This document shows, in pieces, positions 40,171 to 51,032 of a stretch of 64,000 nucleotides of DNA. The stretch comes from Naegleria gruberi (Eukaryota). Every line of letters starts with the position of its first letter. The first letter of the stretch is position 1. The stretch lies in the NCBI GenBank assembly GCA_000004985.1, contig GG738852.1; one strand, 5' to 3'. The position numbers were made by a program, and so were the translations under genes. The notes under the pieces were generated by a model that had not been told where the DNA came from, ran no database searches, and saw only the letters and a list, made by a program, of their open reading frames with translations.

Positions 40171-41979
40171 ATGAAACGAATCAATAACAAGGTTATCTTT
40201 CTAATAGCTACTGTAATTGTAGCTTTGCTTGCATTAGGAGTTTCCGTCTCCTTGCAACAACAAGTATCTGCTCAAGCAGGTGCCCAAGCTAGTAGTAGTG
40301 GTGCTTCTGTTAATGCTGGAGGCCAAGCCAGTGCTGGAAATCAGAATAACACTCAAGGTGGTGGACAAGGGCAAGGACAAGGACAGCAACAAGGTGGCAC
40401 ACAAGGACAGAACAATACATCTACTCAAGAGTTGAACAAGTTTTTGAATCGTATTGATACTGATTTGAGAATGATTGGAAGCTTTATTGATAGATGTGCA
40501 GGTTTGCAGCAACAAGGCCCAGGTGGTCAACAAGGTGGTCAACCAGGTGGTCCTGGACAAGGACAATTTGGTCAACCAGGCGGACAAGGTGGAATGCCAC
40601 AACAACCTCAACCAATTCAAGACCAAGGACCTCCAACTCAACAACAACAACCTGAATCTATGTGGTATTCAATGTTGGGAATGATTGGCTTACAACAATC
40701 TCCTCAACCACAACTTTCTGCCCAACAACAATTCCCACAACCTTCTCCTCAACCACAGCAATCACCAGCTCAAGCTCAGCAATCACCACAACCTCAACAA
40801 TCACCGGTTCAAGCCCAACCATCTCCACAACCACAGCAATCACCAGCCCAACCTCAACAATCACCACAACCTCAACAATCACCAGTTCAAGCCCAACCTT
40901 CTCCACAACCTTCTACAGTTGGAGCTGGTGCTGGTAGTCAAGAAACTAGACAACAAATTGCTTGTGGAATTGTTACCAAGGCTGCCACTAACTTGTTGAA
41001 TAATACCATGAGTTTAGTTTCCACTGTTAGTAACAATACCCAAATCAGCTCATCACTCAAGCAAGCTGTTGCTCAATTGCTTATTAAGGCAAATTTATTG
41101 TCTTCCAATGCCAAGAATTCAAGTTGGACCAATTTCCTTACCTCATTTGATCAATATGCTGTTAGTTTCTCAGCCTTGCAACAATCTCTCTCCAGACGTC
41201 AACAACAAGGCGGCCAACAAGGAGGACAAGGACAACAAGGCGGCCAACAAGGTGGCCAACAACAAGGTGGTCAAGGACAGCAAGGTGGTCAATTCGGTCC
41301 TCCACAACAAGGTGGTCAACAAGGACAATTTGTGCCACCTCAACAACAAGGTGGTCAACAAGGTCAATTCGGTCAGGGACAACAACAAGGCGGTCAACAA
41401 GGCCAATTCCCTCCACAACAAGGTCAAGATCAACAACAATATTCCTATCCACAACAAGGTGGTCAACAAGGTCAACAATATCCACAACAGCCTTATCAAG
41501 GACAATATGGTCAAGGACAACAAGGAGGTCAACAACAATATCCACAACAGCCTTATCAAGGGCAACAACAATATGGTCAAGCAGGCCAATATGGTCAACA
41601 AGATCAATATGGTCAAGGTCAACAAGGTGGACAACAATATGGTCAACAGTATCCTTACCAAGGACAACAAGGAGGTCAACAACAATATGGCCAAGGTGGA
41701 CAACAATATGGTCAACAAGATCAATACGGTCAAGGACAAAGTCAATACGGTCAACAATATCCACAACAGCCTTATCAAGGTCAACAAGGACAAAGTCAAT
41801 ACGGTCAAGGACAACAAGGAGGTCAACAACAATATCAACCACAGTATCCAACACCTTTCTACCAAAATCCATACCAATACAGAAATCCATACTTTTACCA
41901 AAGCCCAAGTTATCAATACTATCAACCACCACAACAACAACAACAATATGAAGGCTATTATCCAGAATATTATTACTAA
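40171..41979 (+). CDS. Secreted Gln/Gly/Pro/Tyr-rich low-complexity repeat protein (prion-like / glutenin-like composition)
   Basis: From an ATG, with the signal peptide MKRINNKVIFLIATVIVALLALGVSVS. Repeat families are QQSPQPQQSPVQAQPSPQP, GGQQGGQGQQGG and YGQGQQGGQQQYPQQPYQGQ, with a Tyr-rich C-terminus. A non-repetitive core lies at ~aa 250-330. Both strands are open across the repeats. Confidence 0.6.
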   Translation: MKRINNKVIFLIATVIVALLALGVSVSLQQQVSAQAGAQASSSGASVNAGGQASAGNQNNTQGGGQGQGQGQQQGGTQGQNNTSTQELNKFLNRIDTDLRMIGSFIDRCAGLQQQGPGGQQGGQPGGPGQGQFGQPGGQGGMPQQPQPIQDQGPPTQQQQPESMWYSMLGMIGLQQSPQPQLSAQQQFPQPSPQPQQSPAQAQQSPQPQQSPVQAQPSPQPQQSPAQPQQSPQPQQSPVQAQPSPQPSTVGAGAGSQETRQQIACGIVTKAATNLLNNTMSLVSTVSNNTQISSSLKQAVAQLLIKANLLSSNAKNSSWTNFLTSFDQYAVSFSALQQSLSRRQQQGGQQGGQGQQGGQQGGQQQGGQGQQGGQFGPPQQGGQQGQFVPPQQQGGQQGQFGQGQQQGGQQGQFPPQQGQDQQQYSYPQQGGQQGQQYPQQPYQGQYGQGQQGGQQQYPQQPYQGQQQYGQAGQYGQQDQYGQGQQGGQQYGQQYPYQGQQGGQQQYGQGGQQYGQQDQYGQGQSQYGQQYPQQPYQGQQGQSQYGQGQQGGQQQYQPQYPTPFYQNPYQYRNPYFYQSPSYQYYQPPQQQQQYEGYYPEYYY

Positions 41980-42047
41980 ACTAATTGTGAGAAACTAACT
42001 GTACATATTATATACATCTCGTGAGATTAATAAAACTATTTATATAT

Positions 42048-44441
42048 TTACAAATGTCTAAGCTCGTTTGCTTTGATTCTATCATTAGGCTGACACCTTA
42101 ACATTAGGAGAATCATATCAATTGTGTAATTGTCGCATTTATGTCGCTTTGAACGTTTCAAATTCTTCTCTAGCAATTCATGAACACTTTCTTCCAAAGC
42201 AATCTGCACAGAACCATCCCTTACCAACATGGATGCAATTTGAGTTTTCTAATATAATGTCAAACGAAATGATTAAAAAAAAACACTTACAAAATCACCA
42301 GTCAATACTTGATAAAGAGTACAACCTAATGACCAAATATCTGTTGCTTGTGACAATTCTCCCTTTCCACACAATAACTCAGGAGCAAGGAAAAGTTCAG
42401 TTCCTCTCAATCCAGCTTTCGTATTCAATTGAGAATTGGTTTGTTTTGATTGTTGAATAGAGGACGAATTTGGTGAATGCTTGGTAGATTCTCCAAAATC
42501 ACCAATAATTACATGAACCCAATCATTCGCCAAATTGATTTCATCTAGGAATATATTAGTTGGCTTCAAATCATTATGAGTAATAAACTTGACTTCATGC
42601 AAATGGAAGAGAGCATCAGCCAACTGTTGAATTAGAGTTAACATGAGCTTTTTCGAGAAGACAAATTCAGGATGTTTCTCCACAAATGACTTTAAATCGC
42701 CATGTTTGTAATACTGCATTACAAAACAAACTGATTGCAGTAGTGGACTTGGGAAAACATCAAGAACTTGAATAATATGTGGATGTTTGCATTCAATCAT
42801 TCTCATACCTTCCTCTCTAACAGCAGCAACTCTCTGCTCATCAATGTAATGCTCAATCCTAATTGACTTGATGGCTACTTGTGTATTGCTCTTCTCATCG
42901 AGAGCCAAGTAGACATTAGCAAAAGAACCTCTACCAATTAACTTTTCAACCACGTAACGATCTTTAAGTCTGTGATCTGCCTGAAGAGTATAATCTTCAT
43001 CCTCATAACAATCATTATCTGTTCCATCTTCACAAATGGAATCCCTTCGAATGACATTATTCTCAAGTGCTTGAGACTTGTAACTCTCTATTATACTACT
43101 GGCAACATATTCTACTTCACTGGCTCTTCTTAGATGATCATTCTGATCGGTCATATATGGCATTGCATCCACATTTTTCAGATCTTCTCTCTTCTCTGGT
43201 ATGACCACTGTTGGTCGATTTGCAGTCTTGAAACTTGTCTTGATAACTGAAGTATTTTCCTGGAGTGGTGAGGTCATTTGGAGAGATCTCTGTAAAAAGC
43301 TTGATTTGAGTGAGGTAATTTTATCCTCAATGTGTGGACTCTTCTTATCGAAATTAGAGTGCATATTGAATGTACTTGTACTGGATTGAGCAAGTTGTTG
43401 TGGTGGCTTTGGATTTTCAATGTCTTCCTCAATGGAAATCAGAGTTGGATTGTTGCTCAATGTTTGTTGTTGTTCGCTGTGATCCATCATGACAACTGGT
43501 GCATAGGTATTGGAAGGCTCCTTATCCTTCTTTTGCTTCTTTCTAAAACATGACATGACGATCAACAATATGGCTATGATAAGAATGGAAGCCAGAATGA
43601 AAAGTCCAACACCAATCATTCCTGCAATGAGTGCTGATTGATCGACAGTACTTGCCTTGGAGTTTCTCAAAATTTGAACAGAGTATGTGCATGATTCACT
43701 CAGACAACCACTCATCAAGACGACCACATAAATTGTTGCCTGTGGATAGTTAGCATTCTCAATTGGGAGAGTAAAGTTAGATTCCTTCTGAGTAAAGATC
43801 AATCTTTTCTGATAATCATAATTGCCGTTTGGTGTTGCCTTCTTGTTAATACCCACAAACACATCGACATATTCGGTTTTATCAGAGGGAGGTCTTGCAA
43901 TTTGTAAGGTAAATGTATCAGTGGCAAAATTAATACTCGAATCGGAGAAACAATTTGGACAAAAGTAATAATCAGAAAGGAGAGCAGGTGTGGTATAATT
44001 ATTTCCAACTCCCAAACTCAAATACTTGTACAATTGTAAAATGTTGAATTTTGTAAACTCCAAGCTAGAAGCAAGAGGATTGTGAATGACGAGAGAATAA
44101 TCAGTATCATGCTTTGAGAAAGCATAATCTGATTTTGAATAATCTGTTGTACCTGTATCGATAAGGGAAATGATAGAAGTATCTCTTGTTCTATTGAATG
44201 TTGTCAAATTATTCGAAGGCATGTAGCCAATCAAGTATCCTGCAAGGTTGGTTTGAAATTCAAACTTCCAATTACCGTAACCAAAGGGAAATGAAAAATA
44301 ATTATTCGAAGAGAGGCCATAAATTGTGTTTTGTTGTTGAAAACTTGGGTTGACCAAAAGTAATAGACAACCAAGCAAAACAAGAGCCAACAGTGAAGAA
44401 TTGACGATTTGGTGGCGATGAGGATTGATTCTCTTGATCAT
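42048..44441 (-). CDS. Receptor-like transmembrane protein kinase, 2 exons: complement(join(42048..42248,42291..44441)), ~783 aa
   Basis: From an ATG, with a signal peptide, a ~250-aa extracellular domain of unknown type, and the TM LIAGMIGVGLFILASILIIAILLIVM. The kinase domain shows LIGRGSFANVYLALD, VAIKSI, HNDLKPTNIFLD, IGDFGES. A 42-nt intron (GTAAGTG T9 ...TATTAG) separates subdomains X and XI. The second exon restores ...DMILLMLRCQPNDRIKANELRHL*. Confidence 0.7.
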
Positions 44442-44648
44442 TGAAACAATTTTTTGAAATAAAGTATTTCCAATTTCATCAACTACCCATATTTCATATT
44501 AATTAATTGTTTGGTATGAAAGAGAACACAACCAAAGTCCATATATAGAAATTTTCAAAATCTTTCCATTTTCCCTAAAGGAATGATTTATAAATTTCAA
44601 AATTATTGTAAATTGAGACCAATAGATATACTCACCATTTTAGATTTA

Positions 44649-45829
44649 TTAGTCCTCCTTGGTATCATCCACATCTACTTTCATTGTTACTAATGTAATA
44701 ATTAAATTAGTTATGGAACCAAATATTAAACCAACTGTGGTGCATATTGGGAAATATTGCCAGTCCTTTTCCCAATCGAGAGGAATGACAAATCCACTAA
44801 TCCAAATACAAATTAAATGCACCAAAAGGAAGGTTCTTAATGGGCTAACTGGTTTCAAATTGAATGAAATTGATCTGACTCGAGCAGTTTTTTCCAATAC
44901 AACCAAATTAATATATTCCTTAATATTATTCCACTGCAATAAAGTTGCCATTGGTTGAACAAATATAACCAAACTCGAGAGAATGCACCACACAATGCAA
45001 CACTTGATTTCATCAATTGAGAATATGTGACATTTGGAAAATAATGAAAAGACATAATGATCCTCCGAGTTCAAAATACTTGCTGGAATATTCTTTGCAC
45101 AAATCCAATTATTGTTCAATTGCTGATTATTCATTGGTGTTTGTTCAACATCACTCCTTGCCGATTGGAAATTATTCGACGAAGGTATTCTCATGAATGG
45201 TGTAAATCCAAAGAGAGTGACTCCCACGTAGATTAAACAAGCTCCTCCAAACAACACTCCAAAATATCGGACCATCATTTGCACAAGCAACCCTGAAGGA
45301 GACAATTGCTCATCACCATCATTCCTTTTGTTAGATTCTCTTCCTTTAAATATATTACTACTAAATGTAAAGAGAAGATAGATGGGAATTAATATGAAAA
45401 TTAATAGGAGCATGATTTCAAAGTAGAAGGCTCGCACAAGGAAGGATTCAACAATTTCTTCTCCCATCATCATTAAAACTCCATAAATTATAAAAACAAG
45501 ACACGTAATGATTTGACCAATTAAAAATCGATAATTGGCATTTCCTATAAAACTCTTCAAGGCTGATGATGATTCTGTATTTGTTGTGCTACTAGATTGT
45601 GTATTGTTTACCAAATTTCTTTTTCTTTCCGATAGAGTTTGATTGAGTTGATGTGGATGCATTTTCTTTGAAAATTTAAACAACAAAATTCCTGCAAGAT
45701 GGATAATAACATTTGCTGTTGTTAAAATAATATTTTCATTATTATTTTGTCTCATATTATAATACTCCTGTAAGTATTGTCTGATTACTATTTCCAAGCA
45801 CAAGTTGAAATTACCCAAGTTGGCGCCAT
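44649..45829 (-). CDS. pigF: PIG-F-like GPI-anchor biosynthesis protein, 2 exons: complement(join(44649..45767,45815..45829))
   Basis: The C-terminal motif VIPLDWEKDWQYFPICTTVGLIFGSITNLI matches PIG-F [30 protein letters not shown]. The protein is polytopic. A 15-nt first exon (AAAAAATGGCGCCAACTTGG encoding MAPTW) plus a 47-nt intron (GTAATT...CTTACAG) joins in phase. The track start is a TTG. Exon lengths sum to a multiple of 3. Confidence 0.5.
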
Positions 45830-45912
45830 TTTTTATTCCGCCAAACAACTCTTTTCAAATTTAAAAAAAATGTTTTCTGGTAATGATGATGAATCGGTGT
45901 TAGATTCTTTCG

Positions 45913-47991
45913 ATGGAAGACTTTCAGGTAATCGATGATGATGAGGATGGTGAAAGACAAAGTGCACACCAACCTCAACCTCACAGAAGTTCTATTGGGG
46001 GTGGGCAGATAGCGACACTTTCTTCTTCATCAAATTCTATTGTGGATCCCGCAGCCATCAAGACATCATTTTCTCTCTTTTTACAGAACAATGTATTTCC
46101 TTCACAACAAATAACGGAAAGTATTGATTTGACAAATACATTTAGATTGGACGCAGCTCTCTTGAAACAACATGATGTTAAATTGTACAATATTTTGGTA
46201 CAATTTCCAGAGACTGTCATTTCTATTTTCGACGTTGTTATGGCCGAAGAGTGGCATAAACTCAAAGGAGATGAAGCTCAAATTTCTATTACTGTTAATT
46301 TGGATACACTTAAACCAATGAGAGCTTTGAATCCTTGCGATATCGATAGACTTGTTGGAATTCAAGGAATGGTGACTAGATTGAGTGAAATTATTCCAGA
46401 TATGAGAGGAGCTTATTTCAAGTGTTCTGGTTGCAGTGCCTCAAAATATGTCCCTCTTCAACAGGGAAGAGTTAAAGAACCACCAAAATGTACAAGTGAC
46501 ACTTGTTCTGGTTCCACTTGGATTTTAATACACAACAGATGTCAATACTATGATAAACAAGTTATCAAATTGCAAGAAACTCCAGAAAGCATTCCTGAAG
46601 GTGAAACTCCACATACTGTCAATTTGTGTGTTTTTGATAGTCTTACCGATAGTGTTAAACCTGGTGACAGAGTTAAAGTAACTGCAATTTATAGAGCCAT
46701 CCCAATCAGAATCAGTTCCAAACAAAGAAAAGTTAAGAATATTTTCAAAACATATCTAGACGTGTTGGGTTTCGAAAAGATTGGTATCAGTGTTATGAAT
46801 GCAGAACTAACTACTGCGGCAGCCAAAAGTTCATCCTCTCTGGATGATGCCAACGAAGATGAACAACTCTCCAAATTAATGAATATTACTCCATTAGAAG
46901 AAGCAGAAATCAAGCTTCTCTCTGAAAATCCTAATATTTATCAAATGTTACAAGACTCTATTGCACCTGGTGTGTTTGAAATGACCAGTGTTAAAAAGGG
47001 AATACTTTGTCAATTATTTGGAGGTACCAATAAGAAAATACCGAATGGTCAACTGAGAGGAGAAATTCACATTTTACTTTGTGGTGATCCTGGTGTGAGT
47101 AAGTCGCAACTTTTGATACAGGTACACAAAATTGCACCAAGAGGAATTTATACATCAGGTAAAGGAAGTTCAGCTGTTGGTTTGACAGCCTATGTCACTA
47201 AAGATCCTGATTCAGGTGATATGGTTTTAGAATCAGGGGCCCTTGTATTGTCTGATCTTGGTATTTGTTGTATTGACGAATTTGACAAAATGTCTGATCA
47301 AACTAGATCTGTTCTCCACGAAGTCATGGAACAATGTACAGTATCAGTAGCCAAAGCTGGTATTATTTGTACCCTTAATGCTAGAACCTCAATTTTGGCA
47401 GCTGCCAACCCTAAAGAATCTAGATACAACTCCAATCTTTCAATTGTTGAAAATATCCAACTTCCACCTACCCTTTTATCCCGTTTTGATTTAATCTTCC
47501 TTCTTCATGATACTCCAGATAGAGATAGTGACGAAAAGCTAGCCAAACACATTATTTCGCTTCACTTTGATGTTCCAGAACACGACACCTCAACACTGAT
47601 ACCAAAGGAATTATTAGCAAAATATATTGCCTATGCCAGAAATCGTATACATCCTGTCATTACAGATGATGTGAAACACTATTTAGTTGAAGGTTATTTG
47701 GGTCTAAGAAAGTTTGGATCACATAAGAAGAATATCACAGCAACAACCCGTCAGCTCGAATCTCTTATTCGTTTATCTGAAAGTCTTGCCCGTATGAAAC
47801 TGAAACAAAAAGTAGAAAGAGATGACGTAGAAGAGGCAATGAGGCTTGTGAGAGAGTCCATTTTCAAAGCTGCCTTTGATCCAAAGACAGGAACAATTGA
47901 TATAGATCTGTTGCAAACTGGTCGTTCTGCTGCAGACAGAGAATTAAACGATGATGACACTATGGGACTCGACAGAGAAGATGATATGTAA
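45913..47991 (+). CDS. mcm7: DNA replication licensing factor MCM7
   Basis: 692 aa. The Walker A GDPGVSKSQLLIQV is closest to the MCM7 form GDPGVAKSQLLSYI. The MCM box LVLSDLGICCIDEFDKM, LHEVMEQCTVSVAKAGIICTLNARTSILAAANP, LLSRFDLIFLLHDTPDRDSDEKLAKHI and the N-terminal Zn motif CSGCS...CTSDTCSG are collinear with MCM7. An alternative upstream ATG (AAAAAAAATGTTTTCTGG, ~45869) might form a short first exon. Confidence 0.8.
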   Translation: MEDFQVIDDDEDGERQSAHQPQPHRSSIGGGQIATLSSSSNSIVDPAAIKTSFSLFLQNNVFPSQQITESIDLTNTFRLDAALLKQHDVKLYNILVQFPETVISIFDVVMAEEWHKLKGDEAQISITVNLDTLKPMRALNPCDIDRLVGIQGMVTRLSEIIPDMRGAYFKCSGCSASKYVPLQQGRVKEPPKCTSDTCSGSTWILIHNRCQYYDKQVIKLQETPESIPEGETPHTVNLCVFDSLTDSVKPGDRVKVTAIYRAIPIRISSKQRKVKNIFKTYLDVLGFEKIGISVMNAELTTAAAKSSSSLDDANEDEQLSKLMNITPLEEAEIKLLSENPNIYQMLQDSIAPGVFEMTSVKKGILCQLFGGTNKKIPNGQLRGEIHILLCGDPGVSKSQLLIQVHKIAPRGIYTSGKGSSAVGLTAYVTKDPDSGDMVLESGALVLSDLGICCIDEFDKMSDQTRSVLHEVMEQCTVSVAKAGIICTLNARTSILAAANPKESRYNSNLSIVENIQLPPTLLSRFDLIFLLHDTPDRDSDEKLAKHIISLHFDVPEHDTSTLIPKELLAKYIAYARNRIHPVITDDVKHYLVEGYLGLRKFGSHKKNITATTRQLESLIRLSESLARMKLKQKVERDDVEEAMRLVRESIFKAAFDPKTGTIDIDLLQTGRSAADRELNDDDTMGLDREDDM

Positions 47992-48212
47992 ATAAAATAT
48001 TAAATTATTTTTTAAAACTCTAATCTCCAACATCAATCCATTTAGATTACCTTACCAGACCATTCAAAGAAACAGAATCAGAGCTAGAATCACCCAGACC
48101 AAGATAAAAATAATGTGTTTGAGATTTTTAAGATTTGGACTATTAATAAAATAATCAACAACGTCATCAACAAAGATATGAAATAGTTTCCAAATTGTTG
48201 TTTATGAAGAAG

Positions 48213-49160
48213 TTAATACTTGGAGAAATTACAAATATTAATTTTACAAGATGTTCTCAAGCTATTTTGTTTTCTAAAAAGTTGATACTTAATTTTCCAC
48301 ATGAGCCCCAATTGAGTTAAATATTTTCTGAATCCTTGTTCTTCCAGCCACCCTCCACCAATCTGAACCACAAATGAATACACAACCCCACATTTTTCAG
48401 GGATTATTGAATCCTCCTCACAACGTTTTCTATACAAATCCACCAGTAAATGATACAGAGCACACCTCATGACTGAAATCAGGCCTCCAACAAATACATC
48501 CACTGAATAATGTTCCTTTGCAAATAGAATACACATACATCCAATCACAACCAAACAAATCAGAAGGACATTCATCAATTTGATAAAGGCTGATGATGAT
48601 CTAGATGATGATAGGGATGAAATTATTGAAATACTCCTTCTGTAATACCACACAAACCAAACAGCAACAATGAGTGTGGTGGCATGTCCAGAAAAGACGT
48701 AATCTCCACATGTTTCACTAAACTCGAAAAGGTTAATAGATTTCCACAACTTTTCTTGAGTCAGCTCTTGAAGATTCGAACATTGTTGAGAGAGTACCCT
48801 TGTTGGGATACTGAAGGTTGTAAAACTAATACAGAGAGTTCTGAGATTGATTAAAGTTGCCCTGATGAATAGAAATCGAGGAAGTATGTAAACCCTTTCC
48901 CTTCCATGCGCCAAACTAATGACCAAAAGAATGAAGACCAGAACGCCTGTCATGATTTCTGTTACTTTGAAGGCACTGGGGTTTGTATGCTTAAATGCGT
49001 TGAGTAGAACATCAGAGGAAGGGGGAGCATGTACATCAACTCTTGGAACAACAAATACCATTGTAACTATCTTTCCAATATTCTCTCCCATACTATCTTT
49101 CTTACATGTACTATAGCTTGAAGAAACTGCTGGTGAAATGAGTGATAAGTCAGCTGACAT
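48213..49160 (-). CDS. Sphingomyelin-synthase-family (SMS/LPP-like) membrane enzyme, possible IPC/CPE synthase
   Basis: 315 aa from an ATG (AAAAAATG) and polytopic. The SMS D3/D4 motifs are CGDYVFSGHATTL and EHYSVDVFVGGLISVMRCALYH (cf. CGDxxFSGHT, HYTxDV). Confidence 0.5.
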   Translation of the reverse strand: MSADLSLISPAVSSSYSTCKKDSMGENIGKIVTMVFVVPRVDVHAPPSSDVLLNAFKHTNPSAFKVTEIMTGVLVFILLVISLAHGRERVYILPRFLFIRATLINLRTLCISFTTFSIPTRVLSQQCSNLQELTQEKLWKSINLFEFSETCGDYVFSGHATTLIVAVWFVWYYRRSISIISSLSSSRSSSAFIKLMNVLLICLVVIGCMCILFAKEHYSVDVFVGGLISVMRCALYHLLVDLYRKRCEEDSIIPEKCGVVYSFVVQIGGGWLEEQGFRKYLTQLGLMWKIKYQLFRKQNSLRTSCKINICNFSKY

Positions 49161-49434
49161 TTTTTAAGGCATAACTATCTCATTCAGATGACTTTTCATC
49201 CATTAAATCTTTCATATCCTTAATGGTAACGTTCCAAATTGTGTAGGGGAATTTAAAGAGCGCTCTGAATCCTATTCAGCATAGTTAAAGCAGATCAATG
49301 AAGGATTTGATGCTTGCCGATATCAACATTATAATTTGCAACTTTTTGAACTCTTTTGTTTCAATCAAATTCCGTCCTACCTTTAGATTTATTAATTCAA
49401 TCAACTTGAAAGAAATCAAGATCACAGTAAAAAA

Positions 49435-49841
49435 ATGTTCAAACGACTTTTAACTCAACCATTAAAAGTAAGTTTAGTAGTAGAGAAGTTTGGGTCGCTC
49501 ATTTTCAACAGAAGACTTCACAACGATTCTTTTCAACATCATTCCGAAACAATCAACAAAATAATGGATCGAGAGCTCCAAGAAATTTCTTCAATATTGA
49601 TTTGAGAACCTTGATGATTTCTTTGGCTGTGATTAGTATGGGTGTTGGAGCATATTATAATCACAAGACGAAGGAAAGACAATTAGAATACAAGGAAAAG
49701 AGACGAGAGGAAAGGAAGGAAGCCATTCATGAAACAAAAGAAGTTGTGGGTGAGAAAATTAACAAGGCAAAGAATTGGATAAACTCTAAGAGAAATAAGT
49801 CAGTAAATGTGGAAACCAACAATGAAGAGGATAAGAAATAA
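49435..49841 (+). CDS. Small mitochondrial single-TM protein (COX16-like?), 2 exons: join(49435..49467,49512..49841), ~120 aa
   Basis: Exon 1 from an ATG (AAAAAATG) encodes MFKRLLTQPLK. A 44-nt intron (GTAAGT...CAACAG) follows. Exon 2 encodes KTSQRFFSTSFRNN... (presequence-like), one TM LMISLAVISMGVGAYY, and then a charged KERQLEYKEKRREERKEA tail. The track start is a TTG. Confidence 0.4.
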
Positions 49842-49863
49842 AAAACTTATCGAGGTAAAATGA

Positions 49864-49950
49864 TCCGATGAGACGGAATCGAACCGCCGACCACAGGATG
49901 ACAGTTTTTCTTGCTACAGTCCCATGCTCTACCAGCTGAGCTATCATCGG
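49864..49950 (-). tRNA. tRNA-Tyr: tRNA-Tyr (GTA) with 14-nt intron
   Basis: Minus strand reads CCGATGA TA GCTCAGCTGGTAGAGC A TGGGA CTGTAG [CAAGAAAAACTGTC] A TCCTG TGGTC GGCGG TTCGATT CCGTC TCATCGG A. The 7-bp acceptor stem is perfect, with canonical D and T arms and the anticodon loop CTGTAGA (G37). The intron sits between positions 37 and 38, as is typical for eukaryotic tRNA-Tyr. Confidence 0.85.
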
Positions 49951-50247
49951 TTACACTATTTTTATTAAATGGGCTTAATATATTACTCAACCTTAATGAC
50001 ACTGAAACATAAAAATAACTGAACTCTTGAAAATATAAGAAGCAATGAGAGGAATTATAAGTGCTTTGCTCTTAGAACAGATTCATAAAATGATAGAGAA
50101 AGCAGTATATCTAACATTTGGCTGATCTTAATAAGTTTCTTGCTTATTGGTAGAACTCTCTAATATCCATAACCATTTACCTTTTACGGATCTCTTCACA
50201 GTGATGAGAATGGCCATCAACTCATTAAAAGTTCAAGCCACATAAAA

Positions 50248-50922
50248 ATGTCGTGCACAGTTTTAGCTCAGCCTTACTATCAATCTTCCTCATCAAACAC
50301 AACAGTACACAACAATAATTACCGACAAGTGGATGAAGAGTCTGGTTATTTTCCCTCTGGAAGGAATCAAGACTTTGAAAGGTTCAAACGCTACTTTGGC
50401 TCCTCGATACTCTTCCTCATCATTTCTGTTGTATTGACGATGGTGGTGTTTTTCTTGTATATGGCTGATTGTGTTTTTCAAGGTTTGGATGGAGAGGGTA
50501 ATTGTGAAGGAGGAAGTATGATTGCACTGATAATTTCCTCACTATTGGTGATTAGTGGTGCTTTGATTTCAATTGGGTTGTGTTTAAGATATAGGAGAGA
50601 GGCTATAGAGTTTTGGAATGATTTGAAGAGTGCTTCGGTATTGAGGGGAACACTGATATCCAATGCTTATCATCAGCATAAGATTGGTGAAAATGTGAAT
50701 AGTAATAATTCGTCGATGGTACAAGATCAATCAGAGGCTCATTTGGAAACTTCACTTACCTTACCAATTTCTCCAATTAAATTGAGACAATCACAAATGT
50801 ATGATGATAGACCAATAAGGAGCTTTGAGTTTCCTCCTGAATTGGCACTTCCACCCCGAAAATCAAAACAAGATGATGATGATGATGATGATGAAATAGA
50901 TGAGAGTTCAAATTTACTTTAA
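50248..50922 (+). CDS. Hypothetical 2-TM membrane protein with poly-Asp C-terminus
   Basis: 224 aa from an ATG (AAAAATG). The two hydrophobic segments are ILFLIISVVLTMVVFFLYM and MIALIISSLLVISGALISIGL. The C-terminus is DDDDDDDEIDE. Confidence 0.35.
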   Translation: MSCTVLAQPYYQSSSSNTTVHNNNYRQVDEESGYFPSGRNQDFERFKRYFGSSILFLIISVVLTMVVFFLYMADCVFQGLDGEGNCEGGSMIALIISSLLVISGALISIGLCLRYRREAIEFWNDLKSASVLRGTLISNAYHQHKIGENVNSNNSSMVQDQSEAHLETSLTLPISPIKLRQSQMYDDRPIRSFEFPPELALPPRKSKQDDDDDDDEIDESSNLL

Positions 50923-51032
50923 AATTTAACAAAACAGAAATTGAATACTTATTATTTAATGATGACAGGTGTAATTATCTATTAATCTAAACACAATTGA
51001 ATTACTATGTTAAATAAATAAATTAATAAAAA

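Noticed and set aside
41162-41946. Two long minus-strand ORFs (256 and 258 aa, Leu/Val-rich) antisense to the Q-rich gene
   Set aside because: They are mirror images of the CAA/CAG/GGT repeat units of the plus-strand gene, which has a signal peptide, an ATG and a clean stop. Both strands stay open only because the repeats lack stop codons.
49951-50247. A retrotransposon (TRE-type) or other mobile element next to the tRNA-Tyr gene
   Set aside because: The flanking sequence is short and unique, with no repeats, poly-A tails, target-site duplications or RT/integrase-like ORFs.
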